Positions 12,901 to 26,302 of a stretch of DNA of 64,000 bases are shown piece after piece. The position numbers were made by a program, and so were the translations under genes. Position 1 is the stretch's first letter. Each line of letters opens with the position of its first letter. Below the pieces are notes generated by a model, which saw only the letters and a program-made list of their open reading frames with translations, did not search any database and was not told the origin of the DNA. Source of the DNA: Takakia lepidozioides (lineage: Eukaryota > Plantae > Bryophyta); NCBI GenBank assembly GCA_030704615.1, contig CM060732.1, positions 13,144,001 through 13,208,000 of the forward strand, read 5' to 3'.

Positions 12901-15428
12901 AGTTTCCCAATCCCCACACACCCACCAAACACATTTGGCCATTATTGCATGCAAAGCAGCTCATAGATTTATCCTTCCATTATCAGCACAATCAAATGTT
13001 CCTCGATAGCTATCTGTTCAACCAAGACAAAAAGAAATGAAATGGAACATTAGAATGTCATCGGGAAGCCGAAAGAGCTTCTGAGACAAAGGACAGATAA
13101 TACAATTTGGGCACCCAACAACCAGCCACCACAACAGAAAACTACAATTCCAGCTTCTAGAGATTATCTAAGGTGGAGCAACTCGAGTAGATAGGCCACA
13201 AAGCGTCTCTGGTCCTCATAGTGGAACACCTCTGTCAGGGAGTGGCAGCCTCTAAAAAGGTAAAAGTAAAGACCCCACATTTGTAGTAGAGAGGACAGTG
13301 AAAGAAGGAATGTCCTAGGGTGATTGTGTGTGTAGGGGGACATACGAAGTCAACGACCACACAGTCGCAGCTTACAAGTAGGTGAGGCTGTTCAAGTGGC
13401 CAAGCGCAGAGGGGATGCTGCCGCTGAAGCTATTGTTGGAGAGATCCAGACTAAGAAGCCGAGTCAGGTTTCCTAGCTCTGCTGGGATCGAGCCTGATAT
13501 GTTGTTGTTTTGCAGCATCCTGTATCCATGCCATTGTCCAGTGCCAGGTGAGATACACATGCAACTAATAGCTTTTGATCATGTGGAAAGTTAAATGGGA
13601 TGATACATTTTTACAGCACTTCAGAGCATAATCAGGCTCCACCCTCGCGGCCATGTGTGGTCTCAAACACTGCATTAAACCTTAGGCTATATTTGAAACT
13701 AGCCACTCACCAGGAACAACAATGTTCGAGCCACACTCCGGTACCATGGTTTATTACTCGCCCTACTCATTGCAGCCTGTGGTATCAATCATACCCATGA
13801 CATTTTGCAGGGAGTATACCATCTTGATTCTATGGCAGGATGTGGCATGGTGCTGCAACTGTATACATTGGCTTGCCAGCAACATGAGCTTGTATGTGTG
13901 TGACTCTCTCTATCTCTATCTTCCTGCTTTAGTAGTCAAAAGCATTAATGCTTTACAGTTGTCATGACAGTTTCTACTTAAAGCCTGAATTTATCCTCTA
14001 CCTGGATACAGTCAAAGGTGGGTTATGGGCCACATTCATACCAGAATTATTGGTAGGACAAATGTTTAGAACAAAGCTATTTTAAATGCTTCACGGGATC
14101 ATGAGCTCATACAAGTATTGGAGATTGGACAGGTTTCCAATTGAAGGAGAAAGGGTGCCAGATAGTTGCTCATTTGGCAAGTCCCTGCAACCGACCCTGA
14201 CAAGAATCAGCACACCTGAATAGTAGAACTGACTTCAGACTGTAACAGTGCTCCACTGAGCAACCAAAATGGATAGTTACAGAAAAATTCACAGAAAGCT
14301 ACAAATGACCCTCCACAATTTGGACAGTGACCTACAAACATGGGTCTTGTTACCACCCACTTGCATGTCGAAGCATCTCTCCCTGTGATTGCAAGAGGTA
14401 CAGAGAGAAAGGGAACAGAGAAAACCATTGGCATTGGCCACACAAAGCCCAAAGAGCTTCTCCGATTGAGGGAGAGAAGGGGAGGGGAAGACAACAATGT
14501 TGACTTGGGGAGGAATGGCGAGAGGTAGAGAAAGCACTACTGTGTACCAATGGAAAACCAGAAAGTTTACAGACACACAAAGCAACATGGATGACAGGTG
14601 AGCAGTGATGCCAACAGTATTTCTTTCAACCAAAAGTACTACAGAAGGAATCCCAACCCTCCACACTACACTTAGTCGCTGATCATGAAGTCATCTGCAG
14701 ACTGTGGATAACCCCCCTTTGGCAATGTGGCATCAATCAACTTCCAGACAGATAAATCTCACAAGCCTAGCATTCACAGTCAAGCTGGTCAGCACCAAGT
14801 AATGGAAACCAGAGCTTAAAAGAAATGTGAAGACAAAATCTTTCATATTAGAGGGAGGAGAGCCTTACACTCCGGTAACCACTTGTTCCGCGGAGCATTG
14901 AATGTAGGCAAAAGTGCATGGAGAGAGATAGTTTCCATCCCACGTCGCAAGAACCTTGTGAGGGTCTTGGAGAGCTTGCTTTATCGCCCACAGCGACTTC
15001 ACTACATTCAGCACCGGTGCGACATCGTTACTTTCATGACAATAATTGGGAGTAAAAATTTGGAATTGGTGGATCTTGCCTGAACTCATTGTTGTTGTGG
15101 GTTGCCCGCAAGGCTACAAACTAATGACATCTGTTCCCAGCTGGGTACAATCTCCACCTTTTTTAGTAATACTCTTGTTTAAACCACGAGCATCTCTGAA
15201 TCCTCCTAGATGGACATGCTTGAAAGGCACTGAAAGGTGAGCTGAATGCTTCAAAATTTATGCACTACACGAGACACAGTGATCTAATCTACCGCCTTAC
15301 ACTACCTCTCTTTCTCCGTAAGTACCTTCAGCATTGCCATCGTTCAGAGCAAGGGACTGTCCAGCCGCCAAAACACCCATGAGCACAACGAACAGCCATA
15401 GCTGCAGGGGAGCAGCAGGGCGTGGCAT
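6909..15428 (-). CDS. LRR receptor-like kinase, subfamily II (NIK/CIK/SERK-like); 12 exons: 15428-15326, 15001-14869, 14184-14113, 13519-13376, 12884-12813, 12368-12309, 10114-10017, 9834-9691, 9451-9110, 8567-8173, 7621-7526, 7130-6909
   Basis: Signal peptide, LRR N-cap ([10 protein letters not shown]...PCTF), LRR exons of 72/144/72 nt, GNPHLCG cap, TM followed by WWRRR, kinase [32 protein letters not shown]-terminal LSGPR. All introns GT-AG and in phase. No SPP motif, so NIK/CIK-like rather than true SERK. Confidence 0.95.
10165..11880 (-). mobile_element. Cluster of 5'-truncated non-LTR retroelement 3' ends (RTEX/RTE-like) with (CATTT)n tails, in kinase intron 6
   Basis: Repeated block GAAATGAAATGG-TACTTTATAACGTC..GGAAAGCTCAAAGAGCTTATGGGACAAA on + strand. 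The minus strand at ~11225-11044 encodes [24 protein letters not shown]...LRQSLEQ*, a LINE ORF2 C-terminal zinc-finger signature. Confidence 0.65.
13035..13320 (-). mobile_element. Further copy of the same retroelement 3' end, in kinase intron 4
   Basis: GAAATGAAATGG tail, AAAGAGCTT..GACAAA and CTAAGG...TCCTCATAGTGGAA blocks match 10915-11200. Confidence 0.6.
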
Positions 15429-15999
15429 ACCTCCCTGCCCCCCCTCCTCCTCGTACCCTTTTTTCCTCTCACCCCCTCCGCCACAACTTGGACGCACGCT
15501 CCGAGCACCTATTTCGTCTCTTTGGCTTCACCATTTTGATTTGAGGTAGCTACCACTGCCCCCACCAATATGTATCTCTTTCCCGATACTCGTTTCCAGA
15601 CTCTTGCCCTCTGTGTCTATTTCTCTGCGAGGAAAGGATCATCACAGCAAAGCCCTCTTCCACCTTACCAACAGCAAATGGCCAAACGGTTATGGCGCTC
15701 ATCAATGCTTTCTATGTCTTCTCAGGAGCCCCTGTGTGCATGTCTCTTTGTCCCTGTCGAACCCATCACGGAAATGGCGGTTTCTAAACTAAGTTTAGGC
15801 CTACTGTTCTGACAGCAACCCCACCAGGAGAATGCCATCTCACGAGTGTGGGGACATTCTCCCCGAGGGGCCGGCGGCTGTCTGCTGAGGACAGGTGCTG
15901 CCAACTGACAAGCTGTAGCTTAGCTTAGCCTCGAAGGCTTGCAGAACCCACCAGTTCCACCCTTTATATTCTTTCTTACCAGAACCCGGTGTGATAATA

Positions 16000-17550
16000 A
16001 TAGGCTATTTATTCCACTGACTTGAAGTTTATAATACAATTGCGACATGGGTTTCTTGACAACACCTCTGCTCTGCAGAATCTGGCAATGGCTTGCTTTG
16101 GAAGCCTGCCCTGTCATCTTTGGGCCCACACACTCGGATAACATCCAAAACAGACTATGTATCTGAAAACTCCATGTACTCCTTTATTCCTTGTTTTATC
16201 CAATATGATTTCAAGGGCCTCTGTTTCCTTGTGCAAAATCTACCCGGAGATCATATGACATGAGTTTTCTATACATTTCATCCACTTAAAAATGGGTCTC
16301 AATTATATTTGTGGGTTCTATCGTTCTATCTTCGTTAATAGCTGCCGCGTTCAACACCCTTTAGTTATGGTTCTTTCTTTCCGCTCTTTGCAGCCCAACA
16401 TGGGTCTTTGAACTGCAAATCAGTACTGGCTGCACATAGGGAAAGAGGAAACCAAAATATGCTTATCAGCAGGTGTGGCCGTACCCTTACAAAAATCTTT
16501 GGCGGTCTTGACCGATTCAGGGTGGTGTTGGGACCAAGCTTCCAGAGTATAGTGCAAGCTTCCAAGCAAGCAACATTGTTCCCAGTAAGCATCATCATCA
16601 TTGACTCATGATTGCAGGTATCTTGGTACACAAGGAGGTCGTGGGTTGACAGGCCCAAGGAATGGAGCCATGTTCAGTCTGCTGACATGCGTTTGGGGGG
16701 AAGAATGTGGGCTACCACCAAACCCATGGGACCTCCCTTCTATCCCTTTCATGACCGATTCTCTTCCCACCGCCACCCACATATAATATAACCTTGTACA
16801 CTGGGATTCCGCACCCAAAAGGTTAGTAAAGGCAAACGCAGAGACCAGAAGCAGAAGCTGCCAAGTTGGTATGGCCCTCCTCCACTCCCTCCCTCCGACA
16901 ACTGTGTCAGCTGTGGCATGGCCTGTGAGGGCAGTAGCCCAAGACTGTTCCTTACAAGTTAGACATTGCAAAGATGATTTCTGCAGGGTGCTCTCACGTC
17001 CTTCCCTGACCGCCACAAGCTCGCTGCCCAATGGTAAATCATGGTCATCATTGTTCCACTGGGCCACAGACTTGACATCAGATAAGTAGTGTTCAAAATC
17101 ACATCCCAATAGTCCGTCCAGGCAGGCCACCCTACCTAATAATTTAAGCCTTCTCTTCCACTATAAGAGAGTCTCAGGCTTCTCTGTTGTAGATTTATTG
17201 GCCCTGCCTTGTATTTAAAGGCTGGACTACTTGGAGTTCTTAGACCTTAAGTCATGGGTTGGAGAAGGGAACAATATGATTTTTATTGAGAACATAAGTT
17301 GTGGATGGATTTTTGTATGTTCCCTGCATGGTTTTTCATTTGGCACACAAAATTGACAAGGGCAGTATGGCCCATACTACTGTACATTGATTTGTGGGTC
17401 AGAGGTTCACCCCCCGTGGTTTTGTCGGCCTTTGGATCAGGGTTCAGTCTCGTCTATGCCTCATGGCTCATTTGAAAGGGGTTCTTTTCCATTTTTTTCT
17501 CAAAGACGGGCCTGAATTGTGAGACATTGCTAGCAGGTTTTTTGGAAAAA
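16000..17550 (+). mobile_element. Degenerate LINE 3' remnant
   Basis: Decayed CxxC region (~16900); 3' end CATGGCTCATTTGAAAGGGG...GGGCCTGAATTGTGAG...CAGGTTT followed by an A-rich tail, shared with other copies. The 5' boundary is approximate. Confidence 0.4.
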
Positions 17551-19384
17551 GAAACCAAATAAAACTAAACTAAACTAAACTAAAGTTCACTTATATATCT
17601 TTAGGATGCCAGCTATTGCCAAGTTTTTCTTTCTCAGCAAGACAGAAGGCCACGTCGACAAGTTCTGGCTAAACCCTAGTATATTTTAGCCAAAATGTCA
17701 TTTTTTTGTAGCCAAATAAATATATTGTTAATAATTAAATTATTGAAGGGGAAAAAAAGAGAAATCCCAAAGGGTGCCATACGCCCTCAACAGTCAACCA
17801 TGACCAAGAAGAAAAATGAAGCTTGGGAACAATTGCACGGCTGGTCAGGGCTACTCAGAAATTAGATGGGTAGCAGAAAATATGGGTGCAAAATCTACAA
17901 CCCTGGTAGGTCTTTCTCAATCTTTCTCGTTCTGGGGACATTATGCTTACTTTTTTTTGTGAGATTGTCAAGGAATGGATATGTGGGGATCAGACAGGGG
18001 TCAGGTACAAAAAACTTGAAGACATTTTGTCCTCCATGAGTCCATTAGGGGAGGATGTTGCCACAGCAGGTGGTCATCGCATTGGCTCCGAAGTATAGAG
18101 TTCAAATGCCGGTGCTTACACGGCTGTAGCTCACATTCTTGACAATAATGCAATTATAAGATTTTGACGCACAGGAGTCAGAACAACTTTTTAAATGGTT
18201 TTTTGAGATCAATTTTTTTCCTTCAATCTGGCAGGTATGCTCTGCAAAGAATGTACTCATAAGACATGGTTTGTAGCCTTGTGGCCATTGACCCCGCGCC
18301 AAGACATCCTTGCAACATTCCTTGTCGCAGCTTTGGTATTCACAATAACTTCATTTTTGTATAGGGATTCGAACCCTTATAGCTATCCATTATAGCATAC
18401 AAATTATGGCTGAAAGGCCTTTAAGATTAACCATAAAGGTAAAATAAATTGGAGTTTTGGAATGTAATATGATAAATAATTTGATTGAATGGATTTTGAA
18501 TTTATTGAAATGATAAAATCTGAGGTTGAGAACATGATAGAATATAATATTTATACATTATATATTATATTATATATTGATTTATATTTAAGTATTTAAT
18601 ACATATTATATTATATATCCATTTTTAAATTATTATTATTAAATAAATTCGTTAATATAAATAGTATATTTGAAATCTTTGAAGTTTTTGAGATGTAATA
18701 TGATAGATAACTTGATTGATTAGATTTAAATTGGAATGATGAATCTGACATTGAAAGCAGGATATAAATTGATATTATATTTATTCTTATAGTATATAAT
18801 ATATATCATTATGATTAAATAAATAAATATATTATAATTTTAGTTCTCTTAAATAAATATTTTAGTATGTTCATTTATAGAAATAATATAAAAAAAATTA
18901 GGATTTTAAATTTGAAATATGAAAATGTTATGATAAGATATAAAGTGATATGAATAAATAATTATGTAGTAAGTAAAAATAACACATAATTGTGATTGAT
19001 TTATGATAATAGATGGAATGATAATTGACTAGTTGATGGATAGAATGATAGTTGATTTATGTAGTGACGTCGTTAGGTTATAGCTAGATTTTAAAGTACA
19101 TCTATTTATTATTAAATTTATTTACTTAATATAATATAATATATTTGGTTTTTATATACTTATTTATACTACATTTTAATATATATATATATATAATTCT
19201 GATTATAGTTAAATATTTATAATCTGTAAGTTGTAGATACTATATTGATATCATGCTTGAATATCATATATACTAAATATTATGATGTAACATTCAAGTG
19301 GCATAATCACACTGTAATGAATTTTTTGGAAATATAATATAGTGTTTTTGGTAGTTATCTGATAGTGTATCTAGTAATATGTTA

Positions 19385-19720
19385 GAAGAAGAGAAAACAA
19401 AACGAAAGAGAAAGAACGAAGAGAAAAAATGAAGAGAAAGAAAAAAAATGAAAATTCTATTCCGCTGAGCAACTGATTCAGAAATACAAAGAACATAGAT
19501 AAGAAAGAAACATAAACAAAGACAGAAAGTGAAAGAAAAAAACAAATGAAGGCTATTTAGAAGAATTAGGAGACAGTTCTATTTTGCCACAAAACTGAAA
19601 GAACAAAGCAACATAAACAAACAACAGAAGCAAGAAGAAAGACAAACGAAGATGAAAGAAACAAAACCAAAGAGAAAGAAAGAATGGAAAGTTCTATTTT
19701 GTTGTACAACGAGACAAAAG
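19385..19720. repeat. GAAA-rich repeat block, left arm of a foldback structure
   Basis: TTCTATTCCGCTGAGCAACTGATTCAGAAATACAAAGAAC... is the reverse complement of ~22340-22407 (TTCTTTGTATTTCTGTGTGAGTTGTTCAGCGGAATAGAA). Confidence 0.75.
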
Positions 19721-20624
19721 ACATAGCGATCAGGGAGGATACCCCGAGTGCAGCCAAACCAGAAAAGGATGGATGACTCTGTCAACAACTTGATGGGAGC
19801 TTCAGATAGTAACAGGTAGAGATGTACCAGTTGTCACAGCCATAATAACATCTGCTGAGAGGAGGAGGAGAGCTCGTCGCCCACGTGAAGGGAATGGAAG
19901 GATGGGGGGCGGCGGAAGGCACACAACGATGCCAATGTTCGTTAGCAGCGAGGCGATGGACTTCAAAAAAATGGCCCAAGTCCCATCACTTCTCACCGCG
20001 AAACGAGGAGCAAAGCTACTGTGAAGAAAAGAATGACATTACATATAAATTTATATCTCAAGTGTTGTGTTTTGTTTTCTCACACCTAATTAATATTTCA
20101 AAGATAGAAGGATGTCAGACCACTTCTAGACTTAAGTGGAAGAACAAGTTGCATATAGCAATAAAAGATTTAATAGTTTATCTTTATATTTTAATCATTT
20201 TTTAAGTTATTTTTAGTATTCATCTTTTTAGTCATAACCTAAATTAAAATCATTAAAAGTTATATTACTGTACGAATTAAATCAACAGATATTTACTATT
20301 AAAAATAATAATAAATATTCAAATTTTAACTTTTATACAACCACTCACTTATAAACTACACAATGCTCTTAAACATGTAATAATCAAGTGTATATATATA
20401 TATATATTGAAAAATCTATCACACAACATTCAGTCTCACTTTCATTTTCTAAACATCTAAAGATCGGACATGTAACAATCTGATTCTAAGTATTTCAATC
20501 TATTTTTCCTTTCTACTGTAATTAATTAAGAGAGTCGGACTATAGGCAACATTGTCAAAAACTGTGAAAGATGTACAGAAATGTTGGAAGAAGCTAAGCG
20601 AGATCATGAGAGACTTAAAAACTG

Positions 20625-21580
20625 CGGCCCTAAGGAGTCCTCAGAGGGAAAAATGGAAATTTGTAAATTATATGAAAATAAAAACATATACATTATTATT
20701 TATAATTACCCTTAAGACTTCTTAGGATAGTCCTAAGAAGTCCTAAGAGGAGTAAAAAGCAAAGACATAAATAATTGCCCTTAAGACCCATTTAGGCAAC
20801 CTAAGGAGTTATAAAAGGGGAAAAATGGAAACATATAATTATTATCTATAATTGCCCTTAGGTCTCTTTAGGACTGCCCTAAGGAGTCCTAAGGAGTCCT
20901 AAAGAAGGGGAAAATTGAAAGATGTAAATTATTATCTATAATTGCCCTTAGGACTCCTTAGGGCGGCCCTAATGAGTCCTAAGAGGGGGGAAATGAAAAT
21001 ATATAAATTATTATTTATAATTGCCCTTAGGACTACTTTAGGCCGCCCTAAGGGGTCCTAAGAGGGGGGAAAATAAAAAACATATAAATTATTATTTATA
21101 ATTACCCTTATGACTTCCAGTCCTAAAGAGTCGTAAGAGGAGAAAAATAGAAAGACATAAACAAGACCTGTTCTATCTTTAAGACCTATTTCGACAACCT
21201 AAGGGGTAATAAGAGGAGGAAAATAGAAACATATAAATTATTATCTATAATTGCCTTTCGGACTCCTTAGGGCCGCCCTAAAGAGTCCTAAGAAGGGGAA
21301 AATTGAAAGATGTAAATTATTACTTATAATTGCCCTTAGGACTCCTTAGGGCGCCCCTAATGAGTCTTAAGAGTGGGAAAATAAAATGATATAAATTATT
21401 ATTTATATTAGCCTCCTAAGAGGAGGGAAAATGGAAAGATGTATTTTGTTATTTATAATTGCCCTTAGGACTCCTTAGGGCGGCCCTAAGGTGTCCTAAG
21501 AGGGGAAAATAGAAAGATGTAAATTGTTATTTTTTATGGTTCTTAGGACTCTTTAGGCGGCCCTAAGAGTCCTAGGGAAT
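20625..21580. repeat. Tandem hairpin satellite, ~13 units of ~80 bp
   Basis: Unit TATAATTGCC-CTTAGGACTCCTTAGGG-CGG-CCCTAAGGAGTCCTAAG-AGGGGGAAAAT.GAAA.AT.TAAATTATTA; 17-bp palindromic stem in the consensus. Confidence 0.9.
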
Positions 21581-21899
21581 ATATATATATATAGATATAT
21601 ATATATATCAACTTTGATCATTACATTTAAGAATCACATGTACTATTTATTGGTATGTACCGACAAAATATGTAGGTGACACCATTTATTACAATTAAAA
21701 CAAGATTTTGTCCTCGATAAACGTTCATACAGCTATTTGTAATGCACCGACATCTATTTTTAAATAAACCTTCATGAGTTAGTACCTATTCAAAAAGTGT
21801 GTGAGATAAGGTTAATAAATAGCAACTTTTCATTCTGTTTTCATCCAATTATTTTATTTTTCATTCATTCTTTTTAGACTGTACCTCATTTTTTCCCTA

Positions 21900-22620
21900 T
21901 AAATATAGAAAACGAGGATCATTTTCTTCTATTTCTGCCACAAGTTGTTTGCAGACAATAGAACTGTCTCTTAGTTTTGCTCTTTTACCTTTGTTTCTCT
22001 GTTTCTTCTTTGTTTCTGTTGCTTGTTTATGTTTCTCTGTTCTTTCGGTTATTTGACAACGTTTTTTAGTTTTTCTCAGTAGTTTCATTTGTCTTTGTTC
22101 TTCAGTTTTGGTTCTCTGTTTATGTTTCTTTGAAACCTCTATAAGTATGCAGAACGAGGATCATTTCCTTCACTTTCTTCTACAAGCCAGCTTTTCGTAT
22201 AGAATAGAACTGTTCTGATCTTTTGCCTTCGTTTGTGTTTCTTCTTTGCTTCTGTTGTTTGTTTATGTTTCTTTGTTCTTTAGAACTGTCTCTTAGTTAT
22301 TCTCAGTAGCCTTGATTTGTTTTTTTCTTTCTTTTTTGTTCTTTGTTTATGTTTCTTTCTAATCTCTGTTCTTTGTATTTCTGTGTGAGTTGTTCAGCGG
22401 AATAGAACTTTTTATTCGTTCTCTCTCTTTTATTTTGTTTTTTTTTCCGCTTTGTTTGTGTTTCTTCTTTATTTTTGTTGTTTGTTTATGTTGCTTTGTT
22501 CTTTCGGTTCTGTGGCAAAATAAATTGTCTCCTAGTTGTAATTCTGAGTAGCCTTCATTTATTTTTTTTCTTCGCTTTTTGTTCTTTGTTTATGTTTCTT
22601 TCCGATCTCTATTCTTTGTG
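21900..22620. repeat. TTTC/TTTG-rich tandem block, right arm of the foldback structure
   Basis: Recurrent AATAGAACTGT...TTTGTTTATGTTTCTTT units, inverted relative to 19385-19720. Confidence 0.7.
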
Positions 22621-22639
22621 TCTCATCTCTAGCCCGCAC

Positions 22640-24360
22640 TATGCGCAATGAGGCCCTTCCTATCTGCAGCTTCTGGTGGCCCGACCAGGGCCGGTAGCTC
22701 CTACCGTATCAGTCGCCCGAACAGAGATTATAGGCGAAATTGGAATGGTTACCGTCACTCTAGCCCGGGAGTGCTTGACAAAGCCCCCTACTCCAGTTTC
22801 TCCCCCAAGTAAGCCGATTGAGGTGTGGAGTGAAGATACGGCCCAGCTCAAGGAAGATCAACCAATTGGCAATTCTTCAGCTCGACATGGATATCGTTAA
22901 AGATAATTCCAAGTTACTCTCTGAGCATGGAATTCTATTACATTTCCCTGGAAGAATAAAAGACAGGCATTGGGCCAAGAGTTGGACCATCGAGCATCTG
23001 GGAGCAGACGGGGGCTTACCCCGCACTTCTGTCACCCTTGGACGTGGTTTCTTCTCCATCGTCTTCAGCTCGGTGGAGTACGCCGCCAGAGTGGTAAGGT
23101 ACAACAGTAGGCGTTCTCGCTATCGTGTTCATATCTTCTTGTGGTCTGCGGACTGGGACCACAAGCTTGGCGTAACCTGCAAGCTGCCGATCGTTTCCCA
23201 AAATAGGAGCATACATAGGGTCAATGAATGTTCACGACTACATCGTTGCTGACCTGCAGCATCGACTCTGAGGAGTCCTTTGATGCGACTTAGTCCCTAA
23301 AATTGTTGTCTGGATGCCAGAAGCTTCCATCATTAAAGCTTCCCTCAAGCTTCCTACTCTAGATAATTCTTTCATCTTGTCTCTACGGTGGAAAAATGTT
23401 TATATGTTGTTTGCCATCTCTGCCATAAGGAATGACACTTAAGGCTGATTGTCCTTTATACCTTGCTACTAAAGCCTCTAACTCTCCGTCCTCATCTCTG
23501 CCTAATGTTCAGGCTCCTGGAGGGGTGGCTGCCGCTCGTGTGCGCACTCCTCACGTCAGGGACGAGATATCCCCTCAAAACCTGCATCATCCAAAAAGAC
23601 CATGATCTACTCTTCTTCTCCGCCATCTGCTGCTATCAGTTTGCGCACTCTAATGACTCTTCATATGCTCCCGTCTCTAAGGTGTAGGGCTCAGGCAGCC
23701 ACCTTCCTGCTTGCCCAAGGATCTGCAAATGTCAACTTGGCCTCATTTTGCTCCAGGCTTAAATCCTTCTACAAATTAATGTTGATTGATGACCCTTTTC
23801 GTGATGGGCCTCTCCCTGTGGCCATTAATGTCATCCCGATTATTTTCAATTTTCCTGAAAGAACCCCAGCTATTCTTGCCTCGGGAGGCAGCTCCTTTTT
23901 AAGCTCGTGGATCTTTCAGGAGGAAATTGCAGACCAGACTCCAGGAAAAGAAGTGCAGCTGCTTTTGGCAAAAATCAATTCCATCTTCGAAGAGCAAGCT
24001 TCTTCGTCTCAGCAAAGACACATTTGTTTTCCTTGGTTTTTTCCTGCATCAGTCTATTAGTGGCAATTATTCTATCTTGCTTTTGCCCACTATGTGTTTT
24101 GCTGAGGTTAGAATGCAGGATGCTTCTTTTTCCTTTCTGACTTGGCTTTCAGGAAAAAACATCCCTGATGACTTCGGGGAGCAGGGGAATCGTAAATTTC
24201 TGTTTGCAGTTGTCCGCTCGGGCATGCAGATAGTGGAGGAGGTGATCAAGACCCAAAGATGCACTTGATCAGAATCAGTCCCTGTTTTTGCTTCGAATGA
24301 GCCATTCTCGGCCTCCATCTCTCTGGAACCAATCACTAAAAGGATTCATGTCTTTTCCGC
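22640..24360 (+). mobile_element. L1 LINE 5' remnant (ORF1/DUF4283-like)
   Basis: ORF 22818-23252 contains LGRGFFSIVFSS...IFLWSADWD, typical of plant L1 ORF1; a decayed zinc knuckle (…LKADCP) lies near 23410-23455; stops and frameshifts. Confidence 0.6.
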
Positions 24361-26302
24361 CTCGACTGGGGTCCGACTTATTGTACGAAACCACTTTGGG
24401 AATGATTGATAAGTACACTTTACTGTTGGAGAATCAGTATAAACAATCTCACATCACGCGGGCATAAAAGATCACATATAGAAGTCGCAAAAACGACTCT
24501 AGAGTCGACGTGGATTTATGTGTGATTTATTTTAAATATTGAAGATATGTAAAAATAAATTATTAAAATTGTGAGTGGTTTGAACTACTTCACTTGCGAC
24601 ACCAAACTAAATTTTTCATTCATTTAATTTAAAATTATATTTATTAAGATGGAATATATAGTCATTTTAACCACTCATTTAACAACTAGGAATTCATTGC
24701 ATCATATATTTTTAATAATAAACTTTAAATAGATTTACATCAAAACTATTTTAGCTCGTGACGTGGAATATTCAGTCATTCTAACAACTCCACATACAAC
24801 TAATATAATACATGTTTAGGGAATGTATATTTTAATAAATTGTGGCTCTTTGTGCGACTCATAGATATTAGGGTTTAATATGCAGACATTGAGCTTGAAT
24901 TAATATTATCGTATTTCAAACACTAGTTATATTATATCATGAGTTGTTTTCAAATTATTTTATTCAACAAATATTCAAGGGTTGCGAGAGTGCTCAAGAG
25001 GTGCAATGGTGATCGTTTGATGTTTGAAGATCGGTTCGAGGAGATATGGACGTCAACTGTTGTTGTCTGTTCGGACCAAAGGTTGTTCATCGTCAAATAC
25101 TAGTGCAAATGGACACCTTGTTGGTGGTGGGTTGGACATTGTGATGGAAGGCCAAGGGACCCATGTAGTAGAGGCTAGAGCATACAAGACTTTTTACGGA
25201 CATAAGAGATTATTGACACTTCACAAACAGCTTAATTGTCCTCTCAATAGTCAGAACCACTTGTTGAAGGGACAATTTGAGAGGACAAGACAATGACATC
25301 TCTTCCGAATTGTCTAGTAAGCTTGAGCTAGGGGACTTGGATTGTGAAAATCCAATGAACTCTGAAGCATAAAAACGCCACATGGATGGGTGCAAGCAAA
25401 AAGAGGTAGTCATTGGAGCATCCACTTTGCCTTTTGGTCCATTGTCTTTTCAGCTTTTCTTGATCCATCTGTTTTTTATTTTTTTATTTTCTCTCTCTCT
25501 CTCTCCTCTCTTTATTTCATTCGTTACTTTACCACTTCAAGTAGCCGTTTCTCGATTGTTATAACTCAAAACATTAAACTGTTGATTTTAGATAGACTAG
25601 GTTTCTTACAATCTAGACAGTCATACTATGCCCAAGATATGTCCATTCTTTTTACTCAGACCTAGATTTTATTCCTTATGAATTAATGCATTGGGTTTAG
25701 GTGAGCATGTCATTACTTGATTAGTAGGTCCATTCGGTTTTCGTCATTTGTATGGATTTAAGTACTTCATAATTTGAGCTTAATATAATGAAACACCAGT
25801 AACTACGCATCTCAACAAGAGACATGATGGAATATGTTATATTGTAGATTGCACGTGAGGTCAGCCCATCCAATCAAGGAATCAACAACGTATGGAGGAG
25901 GGAAAAAAAAATGAAGAGAATGAAGAATGGGGAGGCAAAATTCTAGATGAAGATGACCAAACAACAAACATATTAAGACTTTTAGAAATTTGTCTTTTTT
26001 CTCAATAAGAAGCACAAAAACAAAGTGGAAGAAAAAACAACGATTATAAGAATCTAATTAATTTTGGCATAGTAATCTATAGTTACTTCTTGTAATGATG
26101 TGAAAATCATTAAGGTGTAAAACAGAGAAGTCTCATTGTTAGATGCAGTAATGTCGTTTGGGAGGGAAAAGCAAGATGATAACATCTTACAAATACGGGG
26201 GAGCAAGTATGATTATATCACTAAAAATAGCTCAAATGAGAGGGTTAAAGTTGTGTAAAGAAAGAAAAGAAAGACGGAGGAGTGATCAATTTTTCTCTCA
26301 CA

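Noticed and set aside
18400-19380. Very AT-rich tract as organellar DNA insertion or replication origin
   Set aside because: No organellar gene or tRNA similarity recognised; resembles other AT-rich repeat DNA at 20150-20420 and 24500-24970.
20625-21580. CRISPR-like array (palindromic repeats with spacers)
   Set aside because: The spacers are themselves copies of one sequence, repeats are variable, there are no cas genes and the context is eukaryotic; it is a satellite.
25000-25800. LTR retrotransposon fragment (also 46860-47670)
   Set aside because: Composition is LTR-like but no paired LTR, PBS, TSD or coding motif could be demonstrated.
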